DNA from: Trichoplax adhaerens
Lineage: Eukaryota; Animalia; Placozoa
Assembly (NCBI RefSeq): GCF_000150275.1
Contig: NW_002060946.1
Location: 4,979,454 to 5,043,453, forward strand
DNA: 64,000 nt
Direction of reading: 5' to 3'
Shown here: in pieces, positions 48,101 to 62,498 of the stretch
How positions within the stretch are numbered: position 1 is the first letter of the stretch
Layout: the number at the start of each line of letters is the position of its first letter
The notes under the pieces: model-generated
What the model was told of the DNA's origin: nothing
The model's input: the letters and a program-made list of their open reading frames with translations, nothing else
Database searches by the model: none
Program-made: the position numbers and the translations under genes

Positions 48101-50749
48101 CTAATTCTGCTCTTGATATAAAGTGATTAATTACATTTGCATGAATTGATAGGTTATCAAAAAGAATTGACGTATCGTAGAAGCGCTGGTTCCTACAGTG
48201 CATTCGGAAATCGCGATAAAGCAGGAAGCATGTGGTATGCAATTGACTGTATATATGTATTACTTGATCGATATCTATACTTTCATTATTTTAAATTTAT
48301 ATTAAAGGTTAACAGCATTTGTTGTAAAGTGCTTTTCGCAAGCCAAACCTTTCATCTATATCGATCCTAAAGTAACACAACCAAGCATAGATTGGATAAT
48401 TAAAAAGCAAAATTCGGATGGAACATTCCAAGAACCTGGTAGAGTCATCCATAAAGCAATGAAGGTATAATACAAAGCGTTTGAAAACATTTACGACCTG
48501 TGCTTGTGCCTAAAGTATTTTATGATGATAACAAATCGTTGTAAAAGTTATCATTTATGCTGATTGCAGGGTGGAGTCACAAATGATATTACGTTGGCAG
48601 CGTTTGTTTTAATTGCCATGCAAGAGAGCGGTGTTACCTCTTCGGTATTAACGTACAAGACAGATATATTTTAGGAGTACGTGCTAAGTGTTAAGCAATC
48701 ATTTATATTTTAATTTACAGTCGGTCACAAGCGCAATAACTAAGACTCAACAATACTTGGAGGATAAGATTAGTACCATAAGTAGTAGTTATACAATGGC
48801 CATTGTTAATTATGCTTTAACACTAACACGTAGTACGGCTGCCAAAACAGCGTTTGCTAAATTAAAGCAAATGGCCATGACTAAAGGTATTGAACTATAG
48901 TAGTTTTTATTTTATCTGGTTGTTGGAGCAGTAATGAGCGCTCAAGTCCTATCTTGATCTCACGTAATAACATTTCGATATTTTTTAGATGGTGCCACTT
49001 ATTGGAGCGCTGTTAAAGAAGCTGGTAAGCAAACTGGACGATGGTATCCACCATACGGTCAATCAAACTCTTTAAATATCGAAGCTACTAGCTATGCGTT
49101 GATGACTTACGTGCTAAATAAAGAACTAGCGGCAGCAGCTCCAATAGCAAAGTGGCTATCAATGCAAAGAAATAGTATGGGTGGATTCTCTTCAACTCAG
49201 GTACAGTATATGCTGTGGCACTAATTCGATGATATGAACTCTTTCAATTTTTCTATAAATATGTATTTGAACACCTTACGTGGAAAATAATTAATGCATG
49301 TAAAATTTCGTTTTATAGGATACCTGCGTAGCCCTTGAAGCTCTGTCACGGTATGCAGCTATGGTGTATGGGTCTGACTTAAATGCTGATATTTACATTC
49401 GGTCGACCAATAATACCAGCTTTTTGAAACACTTTAAAATAAACAACGCAAACGCCGTAGTTTTACAACAGACTGATGTAAGTAATATTAATGTCGTGAA
49501 GGTGCAAAAGCCACAGTGCAACATTTTATTATTAATGTCCTTTGATTAACTATTAATCCCGTTACTACAGGTTCCTGCCGGACAAGGAGATATAATGCTA
49601 GAAGCTAATGGTACTGGCATTGGCTTGGTGCAGGTATTTAGAAATTATTTTAATAAAGCTTTATAGTAGTTTTCTGTTATTCTTGAGGAATGTTATAACG
49701 CTTATTTTGACTGTCAATACAGTTGGGTGTTCAATACTACGTAGTCAAGGATCCTCTTGACCAATCGTTTGAAGTAGAAGTTACTGTACTTGACCACAGT
49801 ACAACTGAAATTATTTATGTCAAATCATGTGGGAGGTAACCTTTTGCAAATATATTTTTGATAATATGACAAGAATATACATGACAGTTATTTCCTTTGG
49901 CATCATAGTAAAACCTTCTGAATACTTTTCGCTTGTGAATTTGTATCAAATTTAACCTTTTAAAATCTCTATATACCAACTTTTTCCAGATGGAATAGCG
50001 GCGGAACTTCAGGCATGGCAATAATGGAAATAGGCGTTCCATCTGGGTTTAGTGCTAATCAGAATAAATTGCGTGAGGTATGGCTGATTAATAGTCGGTA
50101 TAGTCAGTAATCTTAACATAATGTGATCAGCCTTTTATTTAAAATGGTGAAATTTTTTATGTACTGTGCACGTCAGATCGTTAAATCGAATACCTTATCA
50201 ATAAAAAGATACGAAATGTCAGGAAGTCACGTTGTTCTCTATTTCGATGAGGTACATAGCTTTAGTCATACTTTTATTGAATATTTGTAATTAACTGTTT
50301 ATAAGACATTGTAATTATTGATTTAATTGATTTGAAGCTTACGAACAATAAAAAATGTGTCACGGTTATGATGGAACGAACAGTCCCGGTAGGCTTGTTG
50401 AAGCCTGTTCCGGTTAAAGTATTTGACTATTACGAGCCAGGTAGCAGATAGCACTGTAGCATCATTACTATTAGGAAATCGCTTTCAGTTGCAAAAATGC
50501 ACTGGTTCCGCAATCTTTATTTATCTTTGCAATTAACTTGATTAACTGCTTTTTAACTTGTAAATAACATTTTTTTCTTTTGTTAAAGAAAAACAAGCAT
50601 CAGCTTTCTACAAAGTCAGCAAATTAAGTACCGGAAGCCTCTGCAATGCTTGTTCGAGTTGTGTCGGATGCACTAGTGGTTCTGCGAAATCATCGTATAG
50701 TTTCGTATTGATTGCATTGATAACGTTACTTCTAGCTAATATGTATTAG
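42161..50749 (+). CDS. CD109: CD109-like thioester-containing protein (alpha-2-macroglobulin/TEP family), predicted GPI-anchored
   Basis: Signal peptide [22 protein letters not shown]; [14 protein letters not shown]; [10 protein letters not shown]; MPDTITSW; [18 protein letters not shown]; thioester PYGCGEQNM (GCGEQ 47945-47959); [11 protein letters not shown]; [13 protein letters not shown]; VFDYYEP; terminal [11 protein letters not shown] followed by hydrophobic [15 protein letters not shown] (TAG 50747-50749). Confidence 0.92.
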
Positions 50750-53700
50750 TTACATGGTATACTACAGTACCATGTTAACGTTTCTACATATTCCTGATAG
50801 TCATAAGCTTATATATTAAGTATCCAGGAACTCTGTGTAATTCACTCGATCTATACTATGTTAAATCTATTTACTCATCAAGTGCTCTGGTAGCACTAAA
50901 TAAATTTATTCTACTAATGTCTTACCATAACCTGCGTAAGTTACTAACTAATACCGAATTTAATCAAACTTGGGTAAATCATAACATAACTTCTTGCTCA
51001 TTCATTATCAGTTGTTACGTACAAGTATTTCTAAATTTTAACGTAACTTCTTACTTGTTCACTATCAATTATTACGTATAGGTATATCTGATTCACTAAT
51101 TATTGATAGCGTAGCATTTGAACTTTAATAAATTCAACTACGATACTCCTTTATTCGTTGATTGATCTTTATAGCCAGATCGTTCTTACTGAAGTTGACA
51201 TGTTACCTGTCCTTCATTAAGTCAAAACTCTTACAACTAATCATCGTACTGATAATTCACTTCCTCATAAAATAAGCATTCTTCTTTGTAACAATGACTA
51301 CAGCTTGTTCTTGTTACATACTGTATTAGTATTTATTCTGTATAAATAATACTTCACGTAATTACCGGAATAAATAAGACCGTCAGATTGCAGTCAATGC
51401 GTTACTTAATCACAAAGTGATTTCGCTATGATCAGTACAGTAGATTTTAGAACTACCGAAATTCGATGGAATGATTAAACTCCTTAATTAATCAATTACT
51501 ATCAGTATTTTTATTTCGTACATTGCCATTATATATTAGAAGAAGTACCAGGAATCTTAGTTATATATTACCTGCATCATAGTTTAGCTATGGGTAATCT
51601 TTTAACGTACTGAATCACGTAAACTTGCGATAAAACAACATCAACGTTGTATATACAAATAGTAGGGGTATCGGAAAAGTATTTTACTTGACTATATATT
51701 TTGAAATCTAAAATGAAAATTGCAATAATTTAAGTTTATGATACACGCAAGATTACGGGGATTCTCAGTAAGAGTTAAGCAAAATTTCTCATCGAGTAGA
51801 TCGTAAACTTTTCATAATTATAAAATTCATTAATGGGGACTTGAAGTTATGCATCCCTTGGAGTATCTTCTTCCTGGTAAAACTAGGCTGCTGATAAAGA
51901 GAGTAGGCTTTCTGATCTTGTAATCGTAAGCAACAAAGACAATTACGGAATAGATTCCTTCTTCCTTGCTGTTTTTTATACGTAATTACAGCATCATATG
52001 GAACGATTAAGGTGCGAAATAATAAGATAACTCAATCTTTTATGAGTATTTTCAAAACAGTGACGTGATAAATTAAATCTTTGAATAAAATTACTTTCTG
52101 CTACCTACTAATCCTTATATATCCATATTTTACAAAACGATCAAGAGGAAATCACAGCTAATATTTTTTCTGTCATTAGCTGGAAAAAATATCCATATTA
52201 CTAACGGAGCAATATGATTCAGTAACTAATGCAGAAGTATAAACCGTTCGGGAACAATTTAAAGTTGTGCAATATGGACGGCTTTTATAACTAGTGTAAG
52301 AAATAATCTTTTATTATTAAAGTTTTGACATCGAGGCTAATAGTAAGTCCTTTATAGTATTTTTTTTGTTTAGAATCATCCCCTAAGATCAAAACGAAGT
52401 TGAATTTGATTATTAAGCGATCTTTTCGTAGCCGTTTGTACAAGTAGCGGAATGTTCAAACAGCGCTTTTGTATTTCTCGTTAATCGCACTGTAAATTAT
52501 TAAACGAGAACTAATAATTACGACATAATTTTTTTGGAAAGCAATCTAAATGTAAATACACATGTATTAAAAATATTATTAATACTTCAAGTTGATCTCA
52601 TAGTATTAAAATTTTCTTTGAGAAAATAGTGGTACAGCGCCCCTTATAAACAACTGTTTCCTATGGTAGTATTCAATTTTGTTGCTGATTCTTTCGCAAT
52701 TTACTCTTTGATCATCGAAGAAGAAAATGAATCTAACTGCTTTATTTTCAAATGGTTTAGATCCCTGGTGTTCATGTTATCGCTTTCATAACACAAACGG
52801 AGTTGGGATGGTGAGCAATTTATTGTAAATTGAACTTAGATTACGCTATTCGTTACCTTGTGTTATAGTAGAGAGAATTGAGACAGGAAAAGAAATAGAA
52901 CAGTAGCTTTAACATTTCAAAGATAGCTGTTTACGAGGATGTAGGTAGAATTTCTAAGTTGTCTTCGAAATAATGTCATTCGGGTGCATGTTGAGACGGA
53001 AATTAAAGTGCTGATTTAGTTTTAAATTATTTTGCACACTCTGCGGTAGTTTTAATAAGCTAACTATGGCTGCGTAGCTTATACGAAAATATGAGGGTAA
53101 TTGTAAATGTTCTTTGCAATTAGAATAAGAAAATAGATTGACATTAGAAAAGAATTTACGTGGTTACCGCAGTTTTTCATGACACTTATATCTACCAGGA
53201 ACTACAGTAGTAAGAAAAATCGTAATATTGGAACTCGTATTTAGTCGATATTTCATTGAAGCCCAAAGTACACCGTTAGTAAATAAGTAATATATTGTAA
53301 TAGTAATAAATTTTTGGAGCAGTCTATTTGATTGCTATAATAATAGATAGGATTTAGATACAAACAATAAACTGGATACAATTATCTAACGCAAACCGAA
53401 ATATAATTTTTCAGCAATCTTTGTTAAGCTAACTGTATCATTTACTTAAGAATAGATGTAATTGGAAATCTTCTTCGTAATGTTGATATCAGGATGTTAG
53501 AAAGAAATTAAGTTATCTGTAGTATCATTCATTATACTATACTAGTATGAAGATAGTAAGAAGCTACAGCTTTAGATAGAATACTGACATTCAATTGAAC
53601 GAGTACTTTTTAATATTTTTAATAGCCATAAATGTAATGCATAACCCTATTAAAATCTACATATATGTAGTTAATGTGTGGTGGCATAGTCACGGTATAA

Positions 53701-53996
53701 CTTATTAGACGTATATCCATAAATGCGTGTATACTTGTAGATAATTAATATACTGTACTGTATAGTGCTACCATCATATTAAGATGCTGCACTGTAACCT
53801 AACATAGTCTTATGCAGATTAATGTGTATTTAGAGATAGTATATGTAAGATGTACTTTATACAGCTACGAGTTAAATTATGAGTTAGATAGATAGTAATT
53901 TAATGCTTAACTAGTTTAATAGAGTTATGCTTATACATAGCTTGACCATTGATCGCTATTGAAAAAATACTTGTTTTTCTGATACTTGAATTGTAG

Positions 53997-54101
53997 AATC
54001 ACGTATATCCTCACTATTACAAGGTGAAGTTATCCGGAGCTACCCTTTGCAGTGACTGTCAAGGTTGCAATTGCTTTCAAACTTGCGTGAGTCCTTACTA
54101 G
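53997..54101 (+). other. Orphan exon homologous to the CD109 terminal exon (alternative last exon, pseudo-exon, or exon of a small separate gene)
   Basis: Acceptor ttgtAG at 53995-53996. The phase-0 frame reads NHVYPHYYKVKLSGATLCSDCQGCNCFQTCVSPY*, compared with CD109 [28 protein letters not shown]. Internal GTGAGT donor at 54087. Confidence 0.6.
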
Positions 54102-57100
54102 CTAGCAAACTAAGACATAACTGTTAGATTGGGCGCTAACTAGGCTGAAATAACAGCCGCTGGCGATTGGTTACAGTCAACTTTTGCTGTACAGAATTTG
54201 TTGCTACCATTAGTATTACAATTACCCGTAAACCCATACTTTGGCCTTTACCAGTTTACAAGCAAGAATAAATCGTTCGAACGGGCAACATTTAGACAGA
54301 GAAAAGACCTGTTGATACCTTTATTGATGGTTTAATCTAAATTATGAATTAATTTACAACCTAAACTTTAAGCAGACTTGACCCAGAAATAAATTCTGAC
54401 TAAGTTTATGAGAATAAAACATTGTCTAACCACTCTAGAAATCGATTTCTATAATAAATAGATTAAGACATTCAATCTTTCTTTGTCAGCAGTAATCTAG
54501 TAACTTTCCTTTTCGTTTCATTTTGTAAATCTTTGTCAACAATATCCATTACAAAGTCTAATAAAATAGCAGATATAACTAAGTAGTACAGAATGTTATA
54601 GCTTTATAACGAACAAGCTGTGACCTGAAAAAATGCAGTGTTGTCGCTATCATAATTATGATGCATTATTATATGTACAAGTACATAATTTAATTTAGAA
54701 GTTTCTATAGAGCTTTTACATTGAAAAAAACAGGAAAGAAATTACGTGCTAAATTTATTATTTATACAAGATTTTATATTTTATAAATTTAATAAGGATG
54801 AAATGGGATATAACAATGCTGTAGGATGCTTTTCTGCTGGATACTGTATCAGGCTAATGCTTGAAAAAAGTTCTGATTATAAATTGGACTCTGATAATGT
54901 CTCGTTGATATGCACTGTAATCATAAACTAATAAAATGGGCTAACTGAAGAAAGAAAGACTCGATACTGTTAATTGCTCATCTTGTTTTTAGTATTTTAA
55001 GTTGATCTATATGATAAATATATATTTCTCCTCTGAGTGAGAGCTAGAAAGTTGAGTGAAAATAAGAGACAAGTTCCGTCTGTTATACAGAATGATTTTA
55101 AATTGACATCTTCTCCACGATTGTTGATCTAACTATAAATTAATTTTAGCTTAGATATACAAGCACGCTATTTACTTAAAAGGCAACTGAGTATGATCAC
55201 ATCCCAGCCACCCTCGCTTGAAACGAGTGGCGCGGGGGTATTTCTACTAACTGTTAGATGACTCTGATTATGGGTTGATTTCAATAGGTCAGTATAAGAT
55301 TCTTACAGTATTTTTTACCTCAAGATTTCTTCATGTAAAACGAATAGCTCTAAGGTAGTCATTTCTGCAGAGTACTGATTATTAAAATAGTATTCGTTAT
55401 ATCGCTAAGGGTGGCCACTGGGCCTTTCAATTTTAATTTCATGTAATATTCTGATGAAAATTGAATAAACATAGAATCTTTATAGAGTTTTCTACACAGC
55501 CATTTTGATTGTTAAATTTTCTGATAACGGTTGCTATCGATAGAGCAAGCGATCCTTAGACACATTATAATGATTGGTTTAGAATTGATCACCGTACATT
55601 AGTTATCATAATGTGCATTGGACTATTAACTAATCTTAATATAGCATTTCATCCGTGAATGTATTATTGAAAAGTAGTATTCTACAAGCATAGCTATGAA
55701 TATAGTAGTGCCTGGCTATTACCGGGATAAAAATAATGTCGAATGGTAACACTATTTGTTAATTATGAACAAATAAGTACATTATCGTAAACCGTCAGTA
55801 AAGCGACGGGAGTTTGTACTAGTATAGTATTAATTATAATTGATGAAATCTAGATATGTCATAGTATTAGTACTACGTCAAGCAGATGTGTCAATATATT
55901 TATATCTACTCTATCTAATTATTTAGTATTCGATACTTGTCTACATTGCTATTCTTACTTGCTAAATAGATAGAAATAAAAGAATTTTATAAAGATAGTG
56001 TTCTTAAATTCTCAGTTAATCTAATTGTATATATATATACTAAAAATCAGATACTTTTAAGGGTTTTTAAATATAAGGGTATAAAAGGGATGCGTATGAA
56101 ATTACGCATATGATACTTCAAGAATGTGCTAGAATCAGCTGAATATTTATCTGAAAGTGAGAAAAATGAGTCTGAACAGACTTGAATGGCAAATTGAAGA
56201 AGTATGCAGCCAACTGCAAAATCTAACCAAAGACTTGCAGTAAAGTGAACTGCCTTGAAATATTGAGGGCAATACTACAGGTAAAGTGAGTTAAGAAAAA
56301 GAATCGATACGAATTTGAATCTTCGAATTCCATAATAGCGGGATTTAAGAAAGAATAAATCTAGCTAATAGTGCGAAAGGTACAAGTTTGTTGTAGGTGA
56401 TAATATGAGGAAAAGTTCATAAATAGTTCATTAGCCATCAGTTCTACGGTCTGCCCACTAAAGTAACATCAATTCTAGTAGCTAAAGCCATCTTGTAAAT
56501 AGGATTACAATTTCTACTGACGCTTTAAAGATAAGAATCTAGCTAATTTCTTCTATTGAGTAAAATGATCACAGCCTTATTTATTCACGCTCAACCGGCA
56601 CAAGATTAGAATTGCAGATTATGAATGATACACTATACTTAAATTACATTAGATTTATTACTAAAGCATCGTTTGGTATTGGTATTTATCTTATAAATAG
56701 TAGAACAGTAATCATAGTATCAAATGGCAGGAACCAAACCTCTTTCTTACGGTATCGCTTTTAATACCATGATTTCATCAAATATTAGGATAGTAAGTTA
56801 GTAGCTGTTATACCAAAAGGAACCGTACGCGTATAAAATTTCTTTCATATTCTAATATGATTGTAGCCTTGTCTATACTTACGGCGGAAGATTACATCTG
56901 TAGAATATTAGGATAAATATTCTTTATTGTTAAAGTATTGAGATAATACCGAGATGATGTGAAACCAGGATATAAAAGTAAGTCTTGTCAACAGCTAAAA
57001 GTATAATGTCAGATTTTATGATGAAAGTAGTAAGGCTTTAGAGTCCTTAACATTGCTCAGAGCATTTATAACATTTCTACTAATCGTACAATGATCAACT

Positions 57101-60100
57101 TGGATCTTTGTCTACTAAGGGACCTTAGATAGATCTTCTGCAGTTAAGAAAATTTATTAAACTAGTATACGCCTAGAAGTCATGGTGTTTTAGTGATGAA
57201 ATCAAGCAGAAAGGAATGAGTTCCTTAAAATAGATAATTTATTTTTACTAATGTACATAACACATCAATATCCTGGAAATACGTTCTACGGTAACGTAAC
57301 TGACGTAAAATGAGTGCAATAAATATTATTAGAATATCTGATATTTACTTGGATATTTCTATAAGCTTGACTTCTATAACCTATCACCGCTGAGGATTTC
57401 TGATGTTGATTACTTATTACGCTATTCGATATATACGAGCAATCGTTTACTATTTTGAACATGATGAATCAAGTTCAGATTTACATACTATAGCATATAT
57501 GCTACTAAAGCTAGAAACGGAATTTCCTAGGCTATCTATGGAATGAACTACGAAAATTGCAGATTTAAATTAAGCTTCTCTAATGATAATACTGCGTGAA
57601 GGTTAGATCAGTGTATGTAGCTCTATGGAACTTTATTACGTCTGCATCGGAATATCCATATGGTCATGCGTTAGTATCTACATGCATTTATAGAAACTAT
57701 GCCTATACGCAGTATAATATGCACTATGCATTGTGTTCTTATATTCATACCATAAAATAGATCTTTGCCTAGAATGCGCTATTTTTATGTGGTAGTGGAT
57801 ATTACGAAGTTCTATCTAGCTATGTTGATTAAATAAAAAATTTCTGGTGCAAATTAATCATTCAATTTAATTGGTATACGATAGCGAATAAAAAACCCGA
57901 TATTTCTTAGCGCCATGGGGAAATCGTCACTACGCTTCTCATGTTTCTACATGATCTATTTATAGGAGTTAAAATAAATAATTTTATAATCAGTATGATT
58001 AGAACACTTCGTGGGGATGTTTATAATGTGTATTATACTCGTATAAAAATCTGCATATCAATATTTTCCCATCCGTTGATATTAATGATATCAACATGTC
58101 TGTTTATATTGATAGATTACTTACGCCTCTGGCAAAGTCCTTCTCTTTTTTAAATATTTATATTCTGAGAGTTCACTTTAGAAAAATCAGATTGATGAAG
58201 CTATTCTACATAGTTCAGTAGATTATCAGCAATCGCTGCTCATTACAATTCATATTAGTATAATATAACAAAGTATGTGCTGCTTTGGTTTCCTCTATAA
58301 CATCATAAATGCCAGCAAATTTTCAGCCCCGTCATTAATGATGATATGCATAAGCATTGCAGACTTCGATTAGTTGAATATGAATGAAAATGCAAAATTT
58401 TAAAACAACGCTTTTGTAGATCATTAATTCTATCGATAAATTAAAGATTAATTTACCAAAAAAGTTGCTTTTCAGTGTAGATAGATTAAGCATTAGTAAT
58501 TGACGAAATGAGTGGATCTGGAAACATCTTTTGATTTTAAACAAATAAATAATCTTGAAATTCTTTAGAACAAAGGGGTCGCATATTAAAATCGCATTAC
58601 TTTCTATGCATTTCTGTGTAATGTGAATTTTACGATGAACACTGAAATTGAGCTACTTTACCGGTTTAGCATAGAGGGGATAGAATAGATGAGTGAAAAC
58701 TTAGAGATATTAGCATTGATCCTCTGCGAATACGTAGAAAACTTTCATATATATACATTATTATAATTATTTAATGATAAAGATATATCTCGATATATAT
58801 ACATTACATGCCGGAAATTTAGCTACAGTAGTACAAATGGCATGGGTACCGTATTTAATTAATATCTATCGTATCCTACTATCCACTTTGGATACGGATA
58901 AAAAACCTACTCTACAAGATCTTAATGGTTGGTTTTAACTATAGTCATTTTTTGTTTAATTAATTATTCGTTACGCACTAGTTTGTGATAACAAATAGAG
59001 TGAATAGATCTTACATAACTTTGAACTGGCTACCCGTTGCAAACTTTCAATTTTTTATTTAAAGTAAGATTAAATCAAGCAAGATTTATGATGATTCTCT
59101 AAAACACTTAAACTTGCCAGAAGTTCAAGATACATTTACAAAACGTAAAAGATGTTCGAAATATTTAAGACAATATCAGTCTCCGCAGTAAATTATTTTA
59201 TCATTTAAATAAATTCTTTCTTACTGTTTTTCCTCATAATAACAATAATAATAATAATAATATAATTCTTTTACGAAGTATATCGACACATTCAAATCCT
59301 AAAATGTCAATAAAAAAATTTTTTCACAATATGAAATAAGCTGATATAAAATTGTTGATATATGTAATAGCCAGAGATTGAGTCCATATATTTGTACACA
59401 TTTGCTATTGTATACTTGCAAAAACTGGAAAGAGGTAAACAAATCATTTTATAATGTCACGTCCTAATAAAAACTTTTTCTTATCCAATTTTATCAAAAT
59501 AGGGATTATGCTGTATGATTAAGTATCTTGATAGGTCATCTGTAATAATTTTGCAGTAAAGGGTTGTAGATCTAAGAAATCAGACCAGGTTCGAGGCGGA
59601 TTGATTTGTCTGATTTCCTTAACCATCCTTAGTATTCTTCTGTATTCCTTAAATGATACGTAGAAGGGTAAATCCACTTTAAACTTCCCCTATACAGGTT
59701 TACCGCAGCATTTAATTCAATGGGGAATAGGGATGATATTAAAAAATCGGCTTACGGCAGCCGTAAGTTGGAAAACAAACTTCCAGCCCCTTAAAATTTG
59801 CTAATATCATTATGGAAGGTTTTAATAAGTTTTATGAGCTAGCTACGATCTTAATGAGCATGGTAGATAATTTGCCTTAAGGTTTATTAGTCTACAATAA
59901 TGATTTATCGAATATTGGTTTACCTATAACAGTGCTGGAAAATGATATTTTAAATTTGGTTAAAAGTTAGTGATGTAAAATCCTAGAATATCATTATTTT
60001 ATTGGTTGCTGTTCTGTCTCTAAATTAGTTTAAATTTATCCATGATCTCGCTATTAGAATTAAATTATAATACAGTTCCGTACAGTAAATTATCTCAATA

Positions 60101-62498
60101 AATTCATGATGCAATAGTTGATCCTTTCTAGGTATAATTATGTATTGGATGGGAATTGAAAGGGTATAAAATTTAATTTTAATAGATAGTAGGCCAGATT
60201 TATTTATACTTTCATATACTAAAACTATTAGGTAATTATATTAAAAGTGTTACTATTAGCAAAATAACACCATGAAATGATGATAATGTATTAGGAACAC
60301 ATTTCTCATCATAATATCGTACTTAATCTGTTTAAGCCTTATAAACATGCATCAGCGATTAACTGTATTCAGCACATCCGTGTGTCTTTTTAATAGTTTT
60401 TATATAGAAATACTGGTAATCTTTGTTTGGAGGTTTACTATTAATGGTCCATTAAAGGTGATGAACGAATGAATTAAAACAATACTGTAAAATAAGTACT
60501 GGCCTACGCTGTTTTACGAAAATTTTTCGAATTCTCTAATTATTTGAAAATGATACTTTCCGTTTTTGTGCATAGAAGAATATCGATAATAGATAACTTT
60601 ATATATTTTTAATCTATTAATCCCCTTATAATATCTTAGTAATCCATATTAGGCTCACGTTTTTCTGGAGACTGTCAATAAACCAGGTTCGCATAGTTTT
60701 CAGTTTATAAAATACAACTGCTATATCTTTAATGGGCCATTATCATATCACCGTCATGTAGTTAGAATTTGAATTAATTTAACAACGTAGAACAGAAGGA
60801 AAACTTTGTACTCCGATCACCAGGCTGTCCAACTCGACGGGTGATTGTTAAATAAAATAAGCCAGTTATGTAAGATGAACGATACATGATATCTTTCTGA
60901 ACGGAAATTCAGATAAAATCAATGCTGCATATATGGCTTAGACCTGGATAAAATAAAATATTGATTTCAATACAATGGTTTTAAACACTTAGGGGGTCAT
61001 TTTTGACAATAGTGCCTTATTGCCTATTATGATAAGCGAAAATAAATAATAAATTGAAGAAAAATGGATTGTATCTCGTGAAAGATACAGTAATAGGATA
61101 AATTTTGGGCATTGATCTGAATCACAGGATAATTATAGCGCTACAAGAATATTCAGAAAATCAATTAGTCCCTGATCAATAAAAAATTCTGTACGAGATC
61201 TCCGTAAGGTAATCAGACGCTTGTAACCGCTGTTTAAATTGAAGAAAATTAGTTTACTGTAAACAATTCATGAATGTGTTTTGCTGTAACGTCATGATGT
61301 TGTAGACATTATTACGAGGTAAATACATAAATGGAATTCATAGCGAGAAAATAGAACTGATAAAGGCAGCTAAAACATCATATGATCAAGAGATAGTCCA
61401 AAAACATACTTATAGACTACTTTTATGTCATGTTCGTTGGATTTTCGACTAGCATAGATGATGTGATAAAATAAATTGAGTTATATTGAGAATTTTAAAT
61501 TGAACTGGGGTCATAGATTGATTTAAAGTGGCTTTATAATTCTGCGTATCCTAGACGATTTGTAATACTCGATGCTTCTATGCGACAATAAAGAGTAAAT
61601 ACCATACTTTAATTTTGTTTTTCAATGATTTTGATATGTTATTGAAGATAGTAAATGGAATGATATACGTACAAGGATTAATTACGTCAAGAACTAATCA
61701 TGTAAAACTTTAAATAACTAAATTATTCAATTTTTTCCCGACTTTTATGCCGCATTATTTGGCGACTACAAAATTTTGAATAATACTCGATGGCATGATG
61801 ACTTCCTGCCGATAGATATAATAAATAGTGCTCAGTAAGCAAGCTTCTTGAATAACGGCTACATAGATAATGGTGCTGTTGATATTTTCAGTTTTATTCC
61901 TCGTCTTTTACTCTATCCTTAAGGCCTTGAAGTGCAACCATCTTTATGTTTAACACACTACCCAATCTCATCTGATTGCTTACATTTACTACCTTGAACG
62001 ATAATGTTTACACATACATTTTCGTCATAAATTGAAGAAAAAATATACCACTTGATCATAACAAGCAGACTAATAACAAACACAAACAGCTGGTGATCTG
62101 AGTTAGGCAAACTATATAATGTGGACGGTGAAGCAAGACCATTTTAGAGTTGTCTTTATTCCAGTAAACTATTTTATATCTTCCTCCTTCCATTTTATTG
62201 ACTGTTATATCTTTTAGTTTTTAAAAATTCTTTACTATATCAAGTTAGTATTACTCAAAAGTGTATTGATAAAGCATTTAGTATATAAAACTAACGCTGA
62301 AGAATTCTCCCACAACGAGTAAGTTTTATCCAATACTAAAAAATTTTTCAATTTGTACCGGTATCTGTTAGCAATAGCTGAATTATACTATAGCCGTAAT
62401 AATGCATTAAATTATTATTAAACTGTAAATATTTACTAAATATCAAATTATTGCTTTGCTAGAATTTATTCCATCGCGCAATACGTCGTAAAGCAACG

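Noticed and set aside
51857-51880. LEYLLPG|gtaa, resembling the end of TEP exon 2
   Set aside because: Only about 11 nt are shared and the frame is closed by a stop just upstream. Indistinguishable from chance.
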